From Candidatus Thorarchaeota archaeon (lineage in GTDB: Archaea > Asgardarchaeota > Thorarchaeia > Thorarchaeales > Thorarchaeaceae): a DNA stretch of 44,150 nucleotides. Both the position numbers and the translations under genes were made by a program. The notes below the pieces were generated by a model that ran no database searches, was not told the origin of the DNA, and saw only the letters and a list, made by a program, of their open reading frames with translations. Of this stretch, positions 19,500 through 29,468 are shown piece after piece; within the stretch, counting starts at the first letter, position 1; each line of letters starts with the position of its first letter. Location: assembly GCA_048882325.1 (NCBI GenBank), contig JBHLRS010000026.1, positions 1 through 44,150 of the forward strand, read 5' to 3'.

Positions 19500-20009
19500 G
19501 TGAAAGAGATGGTCACACACAAATTTCAAACCAAGATAGAGATGACTGTAGAAGAGTTTCATACCGCTAGGCATAAGAAACTAGTTTCACTCATCCGAGA
19601 ACTGGAGAGGGTCCTGGGGAGAGATGAAGCTCATAAGTTAGTTTCAAACTGGGCGGAGCGTACTGCAGTCAATGACATCAAGTCTGTCATTGCCTCACAA
19701 GAAAAACCACCAGAAACCTTTGAAGACATCAAGGTTTTGTTACGAGGATGGGTTGACGACCTAAATTCGAACAACATGGAAACTGTATCTATTACTGAGG
19801 AAACCAATTCCAAGTCGATTTGCATGGTTGATGAGTGTATCTATGCTTCGATCTTCAACAAGCTTGATGCAGCAGATATTGGTTATCTACTTTATTGCAA
19901 ACATGACTTTACAACAACTCCTGAGATTCATCCTAACTTAGGCTTGAAAAGAGAGAAGACAGTCATGCAGAGAAATGACTGCTGCGACTTTGAATATTAC
20001 TGGAAATGA
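19500..20009 (+). CDS. L-2-amino-thiazoline-4-carboxylic acid hydrolase family (V4R-like) protein
   Basis: Pattern ECIYA...GYLLYCKHD...HPNLGLKREKTVMQ...CDFEY. Confidence 0.65.
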   Translation: MKEMVTHKFQTKIEMTVEEFHTARHKKLVSLIRELERVLGRDEAHKLVSNWAERTAVNDIKSVIASQEKPPETFEDIKVLLRGWVDDLNSNNMETVSITEETNSKSICMVDECIYASIFNKLDAADIGYLLYCKHDFTTTPEIHPNLGLKREKTVMQRNDCCDFEYYWK

Positions 20010-20027
20010 CCACTCGCATACAGTCTA

Positions 20028-20264
20028 CTATTCACATGTTGCGCAAACATTAGTTATCGTGTCTTTGACACCGTCAACTTTGCGGAGGTCATTGACCACA
20101 AAAGAACTCAACGCCTCTGGAGTCTTGAAGACACACTTGATTAGAAGGTCATACGCCCCATAGATCAGGTACGCTTCCTCGACTTGGTCCAGATTACGAA
20201 CCTCATCCAGTATTGCTCGTGACTTTGTCGACTCGACCTTGGCCATGATGAAGGCGATAATCAC
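20028..20264 (-). CDS. Stand-alone Lrp/AsnC ligand-binding (RAM) domain protein
   Basis: 78 aa, VEEAYLIYGAYDLLIK...LRKVDGVKDTIT, no HTH. Confidence 0.88.
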   Translation of the reverse strand: MIIAFIMAKVESTKSRAILDEVRNLDQVEEAYLIYGAYDLLIKCVFKTPEALSSFVVNDLRKVDGVKDTITNVCATCE

Positions 20265-20537
20265 TTCTGGTCCACCACCGAATTCAATCTCCTTGCTCTA
20301 GTTACGTCACCCACCATAAAACTGTTGCTAGAAATTTAATTTCTGACTTTACTCCCAAATCATCTAGCATTCGGAAAAGAAAGGCAGGTCTTGCAGAGAA
20401 AAGTGGGTTGCAGTCAGCAGTTCCATATTACCCTTGTTTCATTTTTCCTTGTTGAGTATGCATTATCCTATCCCTCGAGGATGAAGAAAATGTCAATCAA
20501 GAACATAGGGTGAAGGACTAGTGCTGGACAACCACTA

Positions 20538-21833
20538 TCATTGTGGTCCATTGAACTTGAGTCTGTATGTAGTCCCAGGCACACTGATATCTTCAACATT
20601 ATCAGACACATAGAGGGAGATTCCACATAGCGTTGCGATTCCTCTAACAAGTAGGACACCAAGTCCAACAAGTGGACTGCCTTCCTGCGAAATCGCATCT
20701 GATGAATTCAGGAATGCCTTAATCTTCTCAGGTAGTCCTTTGCCTCTGTCACTTATTATGAGCTCTGCACCATTTGAATCAGAGTTCGTTCCATGAACTG
20801 AAAGAGAGGAACTACCATGCTTGAACGCATTATCAAATATATTCCAAAGCATTTCATAGATTAAACGGGAGTTTTCAATCATAACATCCTCCTGAACCTG
20901 AATTTGGATCTGGTCTTCCGTGAGTTTGTATTCTTTGATCACACGTTCCTTGGTCTTGTCTACGATGTCAGCTAGTGCGACCTTATCAGAGGGGGCTTTC
21001 ACTTGATTGATAGACACTGAGATGTCCCGCATTTCATCCACAAAGTGGCCAGCATCTATGAGAACTTCTGTCGCAATGTTAATCCAATGATTTTCTACGA
21101 CGTCTTCACTCTCTGTGAGCTCGAGTGCATGACGAGCTGTTTGTATGTAGTTTCTTATGTCATGTTGGACTAGACCTGAGATGATCTGAGAGATTTGATA
21201 TTGCACTTCAAGATCCTTTGTGACTGTTTTGGTGAACATCGTGAGCATTGCTGAACCTGTTATGATGACGCCCACAGCTTGGAAGATGATAAAGAACTGG
21301 AAGATGTCAAACAGGAATATTGTGAGTGGGAATATTGACCAGGAGAGGGCCATTATGGACATGCCTCCAATGAACCACCACTTAGAAGAGTCCCCAATGC
21401 TCTCAAAACCAGAAACGGTCTGAGACGCACGAATACAGACGAAGATAATGTGGAGCCCAAGGGGGATGAAGACATACTGAAAACCGAGGCCAAAGATTAG
21501 TCCAGCTATCACAATTGATGTAAACAGAATTATTCCGATTCCGTAAAGCTGGATACGTTTTCTGGTCAGTTCAGCAGTTCGTGTGCCATCCAGGATAAGC
21601 GTTGCTCCAACATACATCGCATTCATCGCAATCACATCTAGAGGGCTGAGTCCAGACGCGGAAGAGGCAAAACCACCTTGTAAGGCACCTATAGTGTAAA
21701 CTATCCACCCAATAGCCCAGAGCCTGTATCCTTGTCTCTTCGAATATCGGATCAGGCCCCATGCAATGGTCCCATAGAAGGTAATGAACGTAAAGAGAAG
21801 AACAAAATCAAGTACGATATCAGTCGCCTGCAT
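20538..21833 (-). CDS. Membrane (about 7 TM) sensor histidine kinase
   Basis: Hydrophobic N-terminal half, H-box QHDIRN, N-box NIFDNAFKHG, G1 DRGKG, G2 GLG. Confidence 0.8.
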   Translation of the reverse strand: MQATDIVLDFVLLFTFITFYGTIAWGLIRYSKRQGYRLWAIGWIVYTIGALQGGFASSASGLSPLDVIAMNAMYVGATLILDGTRTAELTRKRIQLYGIGIILFTSIVIAGLIFGLGFQYVFIPLGLHIIFVCIRASQTVSGFESIGDSSKWWFIGGMSIMALSWSIFPLTIFLFDIFQFFIIFQAVGVIITGSAMLTMFTKTVTKDLEVQYQISQIISGLVQHDIRNYIQTARHALELTESEDVVENHWINIATEVLIDAGHFVDEMRDISVSINQVKAPSDKVALADIVDKTKERVIKEYKLTEDQIQIQVQEDVMIENSRLIYEMLWNIFDNAFKHGSSSLSVHGTNSDSNGAELIISDRGKGLPEKIKAFLNSSDAISQEGSPLVGLGVLLVRGIATLCGISLYVSDNVEDISVPGTTYRLKFNGPQ

Positions 21834-22029
21834 CCGAAAGAGTCTCCACTAGTTGTAATGTATCAAACACGGTCTTGATACTTTGAGTTTAGAGTGCCAA
21901 ATATACGTAGCTATGACATATTCTGACTGTTTCTGTTGCGAATTCTACAAAATCAGTAATCAACATGAACAGGAAGAATCCGATAGAACTATCTCATGGT
22001 TTCTTGTTCTGTGGGATCGAGATGGTAAG

Positions 22030-22677
22030 ATGAATCTGAAGGAACTAGTCGATGAGAAACACTTTCCAATATGGGGTTTGGTTGCGTCATTGGTAGGTCT
22101 TGTCTTCATCCTGACTCCGCAGCTATTCTATACAGGAACCGAGGGTGAAGCCTTTTCCATGTTCAATCATGCGGTATCAGAGCTCGGTGAGCTTGGAGTT
22201 TCGGAACTTGCGTGGATGTTCAACATTGGACTATTTCTTGCAGGAATAGTCTTCATTCCATTCATGGTTGGCCTCGGACTTTACATTAACAATATCACAA
22301 GTAAGATTGCTGCAGCAGGAGGTGTCTTTTCATCCATTTCAGTAGCTCTCGTTGGTGTGTATCCCATGAACTACATGTACGAGCATACGGTGACTGCGCT
22401 CTCTTTCTTCCTGAGCGGCATGGTCATGACTCTCCTCTGGGCCATAGCGATTCTCGTGCAAAAGGAGGTCAAGGTTCACAAAGGGCTATCACTAGGCGGG
22501 TTCATCAACATGACGATATTTGCGCTTTTCCTCTATGGCCCGTGGGGGAGTTGGGGTGGACCAAGACCCGAGTTCTCAATAAGGATTACTCTAGAGTGGG
22601 CAATATATTGGGCGATTGTTGGATATCTACTGATTCTCTCACTCTATGTGTGGAGGAAAGAAAGGGGAAACTCCTAG
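22030..22677 (+). CDS. DUF998-like membrane protein
   Basis: AVSELGE motif, LVGVYP, about 6 TMs. Start placed at ATG 22030 (MNLKEL). Confidence 0.7.
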   Translation: MNLKELVDEKHFPIWGLVASLVGLVFILTPQLFYTGTEGEAFSMFNHAVSELGELGVSELAWMFNIGLFLAGIVFIPFMVGLGLYINNITSKIAAAGGVFSSISVALVGVYPMNYMYEHTVTALSFFLSGMVMTLLWAIAILVQKEVKVHKGLSLGGFINMTIFALFLYGPWGSWGGPRPEFSIRITLEWAIYWAIVGYLLILSLYVWRKERGNS

Positions 22678-22688
22678 ACAAAACTCTG

Positions 22689-25589
22689 TCATTCTAAGAA
22701 CAGAGATACTCTGCCAGGTAAGGCAAACCGTGCCCTGTTCTTGGGATCATAGTCTGGCGTTTCAGAACTATGTATGACAATATCCAGATTCAATTCTGAG
22801 CTCATGAATGCGGCTGAGTCATTCAAAGCGGTCAATTCGTCTTTTGCGCTAGAAGAGTGGTCCCACAGTCCATTTTCCTTTGCAATACGATCTACAATGT
22901 TCTTTACGTGCTTCCCATGTATCCGGAACTCTTCCATTGACATCAGATGCTTCATTATGTCACCAACAATGATAGCCAAGTTTTCCTCTCGTATACTGTT
23001 CATTGCTTTGAACATCCATTCAGGAGCCACATAGATATGAACTATGGATGCTTTCTTTCCCTTTAGCAGCTTCACAATCTCTCTAATGTCTCTGATAGTA
23101 GATTCAACTACTTCATGTGCCATCTCAACTGATGAATTGATTAGCTTCTTGTCGGGTTTGGGCCATTCAGCCAATGAAACATAACCATCACTATTCATCA
23201 TTGACCAGAACTCTTCACTAGCATGGGGAATCATTGGTGCAATCAACCTCACCCATGTGTTACAGACATAACCCATTGTTGCTTCGCGTTCTTCTTTGGG
23301 GACATTTCGTTTCAGGTATATGTTAATTGAACGAATCATCTCAGACATGACAGTGATAGCGTAGTCACGAAGCTTGAAGTTTTCTAGATAATCTGTACAC
23401 TCTTGTATAATGGAATTCACCCGGGACAGTATCCATCTTGTAATTGTAGTTGGGTTGTCCTTCTTGGTATATACTCTAGGAGTCTTCTTGGAGTATTTCT
23501 TCATGATTTCACTATACTGACGAATGCGGTTCCGTACAGCAGGGACATCTTGTTCTCGCCAGTCCATAAGTGTTGCAGGTTCTGCAGCTGAGAGAACATA
23601 AGTTCTGAAGAGGTCAGCTCCATACTTCTTTGGTATCTCTCCCAGCGGTATGGTGTTTCCCTTACTTTTTGACATCTTTCGACCTTCCATGTTCATATGC
23701 TCATTCAAACTGATACATTGTAGCCAGTGTTTCTTGGGAAATATTGCAGCATGATGGAAGATTGCAAAGCTTAGATGATTTGAGATATGCGAAGGGGCTG
23801 TGTGTCGTTGGTCATTAGGATACCAGTATAGAAACTCATCACGCATTGACTTCAGAAGAGTCGACTGAACTCCGGTTTCTTTCTCAACCTTCTCGACTTT
23901 CCCTTTACCCAGAAAGACATGATCGAAGAAACCTATTGTGAGTTGCTCAGGCTTCAATTTATGTTGAGTGATTTTATGAACAATGGTGTAGAAGGCCATG
24001 TAGATCGTAGAGTCAGATAATGCCTCAATTATCCAATCTGGATCAAAAGGTAGTGGGGTTCCAATCCCACGCTTCCGAGCACATGGTCTCTGAGCTAACC
24101 AGTCAAATGTTGACTCGAATAAGATACGAAAGTTGTTGGGAATGATTTCCATGGAATTCAGAGCTTCCCAGGCCTTGTCTTTCCACCCTGGACTCTCGTA
24201 GTCTAGGAACCATTGACCTTCCAAGACTGCAATCTGCACATCAGTTCCACACTTACAGATGACCGGTCGTTCATCTGGTTCGAAGAACACATCACCACGG
24301 TTCTGTTCCTTTAACCACTCAACAACATCATCCTTTACATCGCGAACTTTGCGTCCTGCAAAAGGACCACAGTTATCCATCATTACTCCTTCATAGTACT
24401 CAGCCTTGTAGACCTCTTGTGTTGCTTCTTCTAATTTCACTGCATCATTTTGCGACGCCACACCTATTCTCTCTACTACGTCTTTTGTCAGGAATGCGCT
24501 TTCGCCCTCAATAGTAATCATCATGATAATCCCGATATCACGAACATCCTCAGGGGGAATACCATATTCTTCCAAGGAGGATGGGTCTTCCCACAAGTCC
24601 CTTAGCGCAATATAGTCAAATGGAGCATGTCCTGGAACCGAGTATACAACCCCGGTTGCATTTGTAACATCGACAAAGTCTGCAGGTAGAATCAGCTTGT
24701 CACTATTGTCATGGATGGTCTTGAATGTCTTTCCGACTAACGCTGCACCAGAAAAGGTTTCCAAAATCTCAACCTCTTTCGCCTGTAGTTGTAGCTTCTC
24801 CGCTGCCTCCGCTGATACAATCCATTTCTCACCGTTTACCTTTGCTTTGACATATTGTTTCGATGGATTGATCCACAGGTTGGTGATGCCAAAGGTGGTT
24901 TCTGGTCTCAGAGTCGCTGCAATGAGAAAACCATCCTCGAAGGGGTACTTGATTGTTGTAAATTCCTTTACCTTGGCTGTTGTACCCTCCAGTAGGTCAT
25001 CCTCACCGACAGGGTTTCCGCAGTTGGGACAGTAAAGTAAAGGGTAAGATCCTTTCCTGATGTACTCTAGGTCCATAAATTTCTGATATTGCCAAGTGAT
25101 GAATTGATTATAGATGTCATCACCTGTTGTGAAGTTGCGACGCCAGTCTATGCTATATCCAAGAGCCTTGAAATCTTTTGAGATCACCTCTGAGAAAAAT
25201 TTGACAGTTACCCAAGGGTCCACGAACTTCTTGAGTTGAGCGTCAATCTTATCCTCGTCATCCAGATACACCCGCAAGTCCCGCTTGTATTGCTCAATTG
25301 CAACTGAATCACCGTTTTTGAGTCGGTCTACCATTCCCAAGATGGGTGTACCTGTGATGTGATTCGCCATAGGATAGAGAACATTGTAGCCTTGCATTCG
25401 CTTGTAACGAGCGATTAGGTCTCCTAAGGTATAGGTCCTCCCATGCCCCATGTGCAAAGCACCATTTGGGTATGGATAGGGAACAGTGAGAAAGAACTTC
25501 TTTCTTTTAGAGTCGGGATCAACCTCAAAGATTCTGTCTTTACTCCAACGTTTTTGCCACTTCTGCTCGATTTTAGCGAATTCACTCAT
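22689..25589 (-). CDS. leuS: Leucine--tRNA ligase (archaeal/eukaryotic type)
   Basis: [20 protein letters not shown], editing-domain [24 protein letters not shown]-terminal [11 protein letters not shown]. Confidence 0.96.
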   Translation of the reverse strand: MSEFAKIEQKWQKRWSKDRIFEVDPDSKRKKFFLTVPYPYPNGALHMGHGRTYTLGDLIARYKRMQGYNVLYPMANHITGTPILGMVDRLKNGDSVAIEQYKRDLRVYLDDEDKIDAQLKKFVDPWVTVKFFSEVISKDFKALGYSIDWRRNFTTGDDIYNQFITWQYQKFMDLEYIRKGSYPLLYCPNCGNPVGEDDLLEGTTAKVKEFTTIKYPFEDGFLIAATLRPETTFGITNLWINPSKQYVKAKVNGEKWIVSAEAAEKLQLQAKEVEILETFSGAALVGKTFKTIHDNSDKLILPADFVDVTNATGVVYSVPGHAPFDYIALRDLWEDPSSLEEYGIPPEDVRDIGIIMMITIEGESAFLTKDVVERIGVASQNDAVKLEEATQEVYKAEYYEGVMMDNCGPFAGRKVRDVKDDVVEWLKEQNRGDVFFEPDERPVICKCGTDVQIAVLEGQWFLDYESPGWKDKAWEALNSMEIIPNNFRILFESTFDWLAQRPCARKRGIGTPLPFDPDWIIEALSDSTIYMAFYTIVHKITQHKLKPEQLTIGFFDHVFLGKGKVEKVEKETGVQSTLLKSMRDEFLYWYPNDQRHTAPSHISNHLSFAIFHHAAIFPKKHWLQCISLNEHMNMEGRKMSKSKGNTIPLGEIPKKYGADLFRTYVLSAAEPATLMDWREQDVPAVRNRIRQYSEIMKKYSKKTPRVYTKKDNPTTITRWILSRVNSIIQECTDYLENFKLRDYAITVMSEMIRSINIYLKRNVPKEEREATMGYVCNTWVRLIAPMIPHASEEFWSMMNSDGYVSLAEWPKPDKKLINSSVEMAHEVVESTIRDIREIVKLLKGKKASIVHIYVAPEWMFKAMNSIREENLAIIVGDIMKHLMSMEEFRIHGKHVKNIVDRIAKENGLWDHSSSAKDELTALNDSAAFMSSELNLDIVIHSSETPDYDPKNRARFALPGRVSLFLE

Positions 25590-25750
25590 TGTGAATAACC
25601 TCTCTTAATACTGAAGGATTGAAACATTCCAAGATGGTGTCCTCTGGACAAAAGGAACGAATGTTAGTTATCGAGAACGCAATCCATCCTGGTTCACTCT
25701 ATCCAACCCTGCAGTAGGGGCTCCCTTATTAGAGCTATGGTTAGCTATAG

Positions 25751-26410
25751 TTGACTAAGACTAGTGAGAAACGACGGAGATGGCAAATGGATCAACTGGG
25801 TGAATACATGGACATTCACAAGAAACTCCTACCTCACGCTGTGGTCCATCTCTTCTTCAGAGGGCTTGAGCAGAAAGGAGATGTGAAATCTTACTGTAAT
25901 GGAGCGAATGAATCAGGAAGATGGATTTTCCAAATCTTCAACAGAGAGTTTGTGGATGAGCTTGCCCAAACAATTAGCAGAATCTTGGTGTGGAGAAAAA
26001 GGCGTCCTGTTCTCGAAGTAATGAGTGGTGATGGCCGGCTTACTGAGTACATTCGTCCGTTGATAAAAAGACGGTGTATTGCAACTGACAGCAAAGATGG
26101 CAGGTATAACATTGGATATCCTAAATGGGTGGAAACACTCGAAGCAATGGAAGCTGTTTCAAAGTACAAACCTTCAATAGTTATCATATGCTGGGAGCCA
26201 TATCTTTCGACAGTTGGGATAGACATAGTAAAGACAGGAGTTCCAACAGCATGGATAGGAAACCCAGCGATGTGCGGTCACACAGACATCTTCGACCAAC
26301 CGCACATTCCTCTTGAGAGTCGATATGCCCTCAGTAGACATGACTATTTCACTGCACGCGATTTTAAGACTGATGTTTTTTTCTTCAACTGTAAGCCTGA
26401 GTGGGTCTAG
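25751..26410 (+). CDS. Class I SAM-dependent methyltransferase-like protein
   Basis: Motif I-like VLEVMSGDGRL, IATD, IICWEP. Confidence 0.55.
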   Translation: MTKTSEKRRRWQMDQLGEYMDIHKKLLPHAVVHLFFRGLEQKGDVKSYCNGANESGRWIFQIFNREFVDELAQTISRILVWRKRRPVLEVMSGDGRLTEYIRPLIKRRCIATDSKDGRYNIGYPKWVETLEAMEAVSKYKPSIVIICWEPYLSTVGIDIVKTGVPTAWIGNPAMCGHTDIFDQPHIPLESRYALSRHDYFTARDFKTDVFFFNCKPEWV

Positions 26411-26474
26411 GTCTTACACTGCTTCTTATCTTCAGAACACTTGTTTAAATCAGCAGTTGAAAGAAGGTCTCGTC

Positions 26475-27416
26475 ATGGTCAAGGCGGTTGTTGATGCAGT
26501 GGATATCGATCCAAAGACTGGAACTACCCTCGGATATTACACGTTTGGTGAAGAGCGTCCAAATGTGTTCATCCTAGGAGCCATGAATGGTCGCTCAGCC
26601 ACTGATGTCTATGCAAGCTATCTCATCATGAAACACCTTGAAGGTCTAGACCGTATTGATGGTTCTATTACATTCCTACCAGTTGCAAGTCCCCTTGCAT
26701 TTCGCCTGGGTGTGAAGATATCACCTCTAGACTCCATGGACCTTGACACGGTGTTTCCAGGAAATGAATATGGTTCTGTCACAGAGAGAACGGCATGGGA
26801 GATTTGGCGGAGAGCTTCACAAGCGGATTATATTATTCAACTTCACACTGGTTGGCAAAACTGCACAAGCCATATCGTAGCCCTGCATAGAGATTACATC
26901 CATGTGAGAAATCTGGCTTCTCAGATTGGCCTACCTCACGTTGTTCAATCAACCGGTTCAAGGGGTGCACTCACAACCGAGGCCGCTCACGAAGGAATTG
27001 CTGCAGTTACAATTGAAATGAGGGGTGACACCGACCAAGTCGACTCTCAGGCTGCTGTTGAGGTGAGAGAAGCACTCCTCAACTTCCTTCGTACAAAAGA
27101 CATGATTATTGGAGAAAAGATTGAAGCATCAAATACTCTCATGGGAAGATTACAACACGTGAACGTGGACACCGAGGGCTTTTTTGTCCCCACAGTGAAT
27201 CTTGGTGAAACATTGAAGAACGGGGATGTTTTGGGAAATGTACAGGATAAGACTGAGATAGTCACACCCTTTGATGGTGCTGTCATATCCATTAGCAGAA
27301 CCAACTATGTCTTCGAAGGTGATATGATCGCTCGCATCGCAGCTCCATTAGGAGACCAATGGACGTCTATGGACACTGAACAAGAGGAACATGCGCCAAA
27401 AAGAAGGAAATGGTGA
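26475..27416 (+). CDS. Succinylglutamate desuccinylase/aspartoacylase (M14) family protein with degenerate Zn site
   Basis: Fold motifs GSITFLPVASP, DLDTVFPG, LHTG, TIEM and a C-terminal biotinyl-like hairpin. Start placed at ATG 26475. Confidence 0.75.
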   Translation: MVKAVVDAVDIDPKTGTTLGYYTFGEERPNVFILGAMNGRSATDVYASYLIMKHLEGLDRIDGSITFLPVASPLAFRLGVKISPLDSMDLDTVFPGNEYGSVTERTAWEIWRRASQADYIIQLHTGWQNCTSHIVALHRDYIHVRNLASQIGLPHVVQSTGSRGALTTEAAHEGIAAVTIEMRGDTDQVDSQAAVEVREALLNFLRTKDMIIGEKIEASNTLMGRLQHVNVDTEGFFVPTVNLGETLKNGDVLGNVQDKTEIVTPFDGAVISISRTNYVFEGDMIARIAAPLGDQWTSMDTEQEEHAPKRRKW

Positions 27417-27859
27417 CAGTGAGTAACGATTGTGCGGACGTACAATACTTGATGCGCACCAATGTGGGTGATAAGCGACTCAGAAGAACCCAGAATCTTC
27501 TTCTGGTCGGTAGCTGCGTAGACCGATTTCCAGAGTTCGTTAATGAGGTGTGTGAGAGGGAAGGACAGCAGACTGTCTTGCATGTCTGTCTTGAGGAAAC
27601 CCACATGAATCAAGCAGGATTCAAGATTGGTTCAATTGTCAAATATTCGGACATCAAGAAACTCACAACACTTACTATCGATGGTAGCCCTCACTGTGTT
27701 CAACTGCACTATGTTGTGGAGGACATCAAAAGACATTTCGCACAAGACATTGAAACTTCACACTATGTGATAGAGAAGGGCAATCTGTTTGAGATCTCGG
27801 CTGAGTCAGTGAAACGCTCCAGACACCTTTCAAAGATTCAAAAGATGATAGGTGACTAG
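27410..27859 (+). CDS. Putative Fe-S/metal-binding protein resembling the C-terminal domain of a 4Fe-4S ferredoxin family
   Basis: LLLVGSC, VCLEE and IDGSPHC spacing of Cys residues. Overlaps the upstream stop. Confidence 0.55.
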   Translation: MVTVSNDCADVQYLMRTNVGDKRLRRTQNLLLVGSCVDRFPEFVNEVCEREGQQTVLHVCLEETHMNQAGFKIGSIVKYSDIKKLTTLTIDGSPHCVQLHYVVEDIKRHFAQDIETSHYVIEKGNLFEISAESVKRSRHLSKIQKMIGD

Positions 27860-28437
27860 CGCAATTTCGGAAGAATAAATCCTGTTTTCTTTTTGTATTC
27901 TAGATATTCATCGCCATAGTATTTGATGAGCTTCTTTTCTTCTAAATAAGCTCCAATAATCGTGTAGCTAATCATTGATAGAGAAAAGACAATTACCACT
28001 GGAAACGGATAGATTAGGGCCAATGCTCCAAATAACAAGAAGACTGCTAAATACAAAGGGTGTCGTATTCGTGAATACAGTCCACTTGTTATCAGCTCAG
28101 CTTTCCTATCCGGTTGCATGTCAGCGACAGTGCTGACAGAAATGACTCGTGATGCCATCACAGCTAGAACTGCGCCAAGCACTCCAGAGATGACGCCAAA
28201 CATCAATAAAGCAAGATTGATCGTGGCTGGTGCCAAAATGAAGTAGAACCAGTTTCTAAAATTCATTGATAGAAAGGCTATGAGTAGAGTGAAAATACTC
28301 GTAATTGTGAATATTCGTGCATACCCGGTTTTTCCCCATCGTTTGATTATTCCTGTCTTGATTCGCCAAGCTGAGAGTCCACTGTGTTGTAATCCAAAGA
28401 GCGAACATGCCAGTACGACAATGATGTATTCAATCAT
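27856..28437 (-). CDS. ICMT/nurim/MddA-like membrane methyltransferase
   Basis: FGLQHS, LITSGLYSRIRHPLY, GAYLEEKKL, YGDEYLEYK. Start placed at ATG 28437. Confidence 0.78.
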   Translation of the reverse strand: MIEYIIVVLACSLFGLQHSGLSAWRIKTGIIKRWGKTGYARIFTITSIFTLLIAFLSMNFRNWFYFILAPATINLALLMFGVISGVLGAVLAVMASRVISVSTVADMQPDRKAELITSGLYSRIRHPLYLAVFLLFGALALIYPFPVVIVFSLSMISYTIIGAYLEEKKLIKYYGDEYLEYKKKTGFILPKLR

Positions 28438-28543
28438 ATGATCAAACCCTTTCCTGTTGTCCCATCTCTTATTCACTATCTTTATAAGTTAACGATTGTG
28501 TATTTAACAATAGTTAATAAGTTCACACCTAGGTGAATAATAG

Positions 28544-29116
28544 ATGATTGAAGAAGCAATAAATCCCTTTGCCCCGATGGAGATGTGGGATGACACAATG
28601 GTCAGCGTGGGTGAAGGTGAAGAGAAAAAGAAAGTGGATGCAAAGAGATACACAATCCGCTATCTTGTTGGAGAGAGTGAAGACAAGAGATTTGTCGATG
28701 GTGGTAGTGATGACATAGCTGAACTCACTGAGAAAACATTGTTTCTCTCACCATCTGTACACCGTCTAATTGGTGACCCATTCCATTATGATCACTCCAG
28801 AGTTGAGAGTATCAGTGGAAAAACAAGAATTACAGAAAGGACCAAGGAGCTACATCGTCATCCAGCTTGCGACGATCACAAGACAATCGAGGTCATCTTC
28901 GAGAGTCCAGGAGTCGAGTGCTGTGCTATGTCCAAGGAGCAGGCTGACAAGATGCGAGTGCCGCTCCAGTACGTTGCGGGATACATGCTTGGCAAGGATG
29001 AGGGAATGCTAAAACTGGCTCTATCAAAGACAGTTGTCGACGACGACACCGAATACTATGACCACATCCACATCATACCGGAGTCAGCGATCAAACAGAT
29101 GTCATGTCTGGAGTAG
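28544..29116 (+). CDS. Hypothetical protein; C-terminal half possibly a small beta-barrel (Sm/SH3-like)
   Basis: 190-aa ORF with AGGTGA SD. The fold guess comes from strand pattern only. Confidence 0.55.
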   Translation: MIEEAINPFAPMEMWDDTMVSVGEGEEKKKVDAKRYTIRYLVGESEDKRFVDGGSDDIAELTEKTLFLSPSVHRLIGDPFHYDHSRVESISGKTRITERTKELHRHPACDDHKTIEVIFESPGVECCAMSKEQADKMRVPLQYVAGYMLGKDEGMLKLALSKTVVDDDTEYYDHIHIIPESAIKQMSCLE

Positions 29117-29193
29117 GTCGCTACCAAGAGGTTGAACGTCCGATCATCTCCTTGATCTGGCTGCCCCCACACAGCTAGACTTCCTTTCGCTTC

Positions 29194-29222
29194 GGGCGTT
29201 CACCTCGCCCTGTTTTTTTTTT
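29194..29222 (+). terminator. Hairpin plus T10 terminator-like element
   Basis: GGGCG-TTCACCT-CGCCC followed by TG and ten T (29213-29222). Confidence 0.55.
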
Positions 29223-29468
29223 CCGATACTCTTTCCTATGAGTTGACAGAATTGACTGTCATTATCCATATGTATGTATGAGGATAGTATGTTTTTCTGT
29301 GAAAAAACATGAAAAACAGTGGTGCAATAGCTCATGCATGCTTAGACTTATATACGCAAATAATAGCGCTTGGGGAAGCATCCTCCTTGGGCTGTGATTT
29401 TGCATATCCTTTCGCCAAGTATGCACGCGGCCATATCTCAAGGGGATGTAAAAAGGTGATTCAAAAAA

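Noticed and set aside
20265-20537. 270-nt intergenic region with short ORFs
   Set aside because: No convincing SD, coding pattern or stable structure was seen.
28489-28517. Inverted repeat TTAACGATTGT...ACAATAGTTAA
   Set aside because: It is AT-rich and lies in a divergent promoter, so back-to-back TATA elements could explain it. No second copy was seen.
29142-29153. GATCATCTCCTT resembles the 16S rRNA 3' anti-SD end
   Set aside because: The match is short and imperfect and no other rRNA sequence flanks it.
29132-29230. Possible selenopeptide: TTG...CCT TGA TCT GGC TGC CCC reads P-U-S-G-C-P (UxxC-like)
   Set aside because: There is no thioredoxin-fold context, the frame runs into the T10 tract and no SECIS was found. 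The RNA hairpins explain the sequence better.
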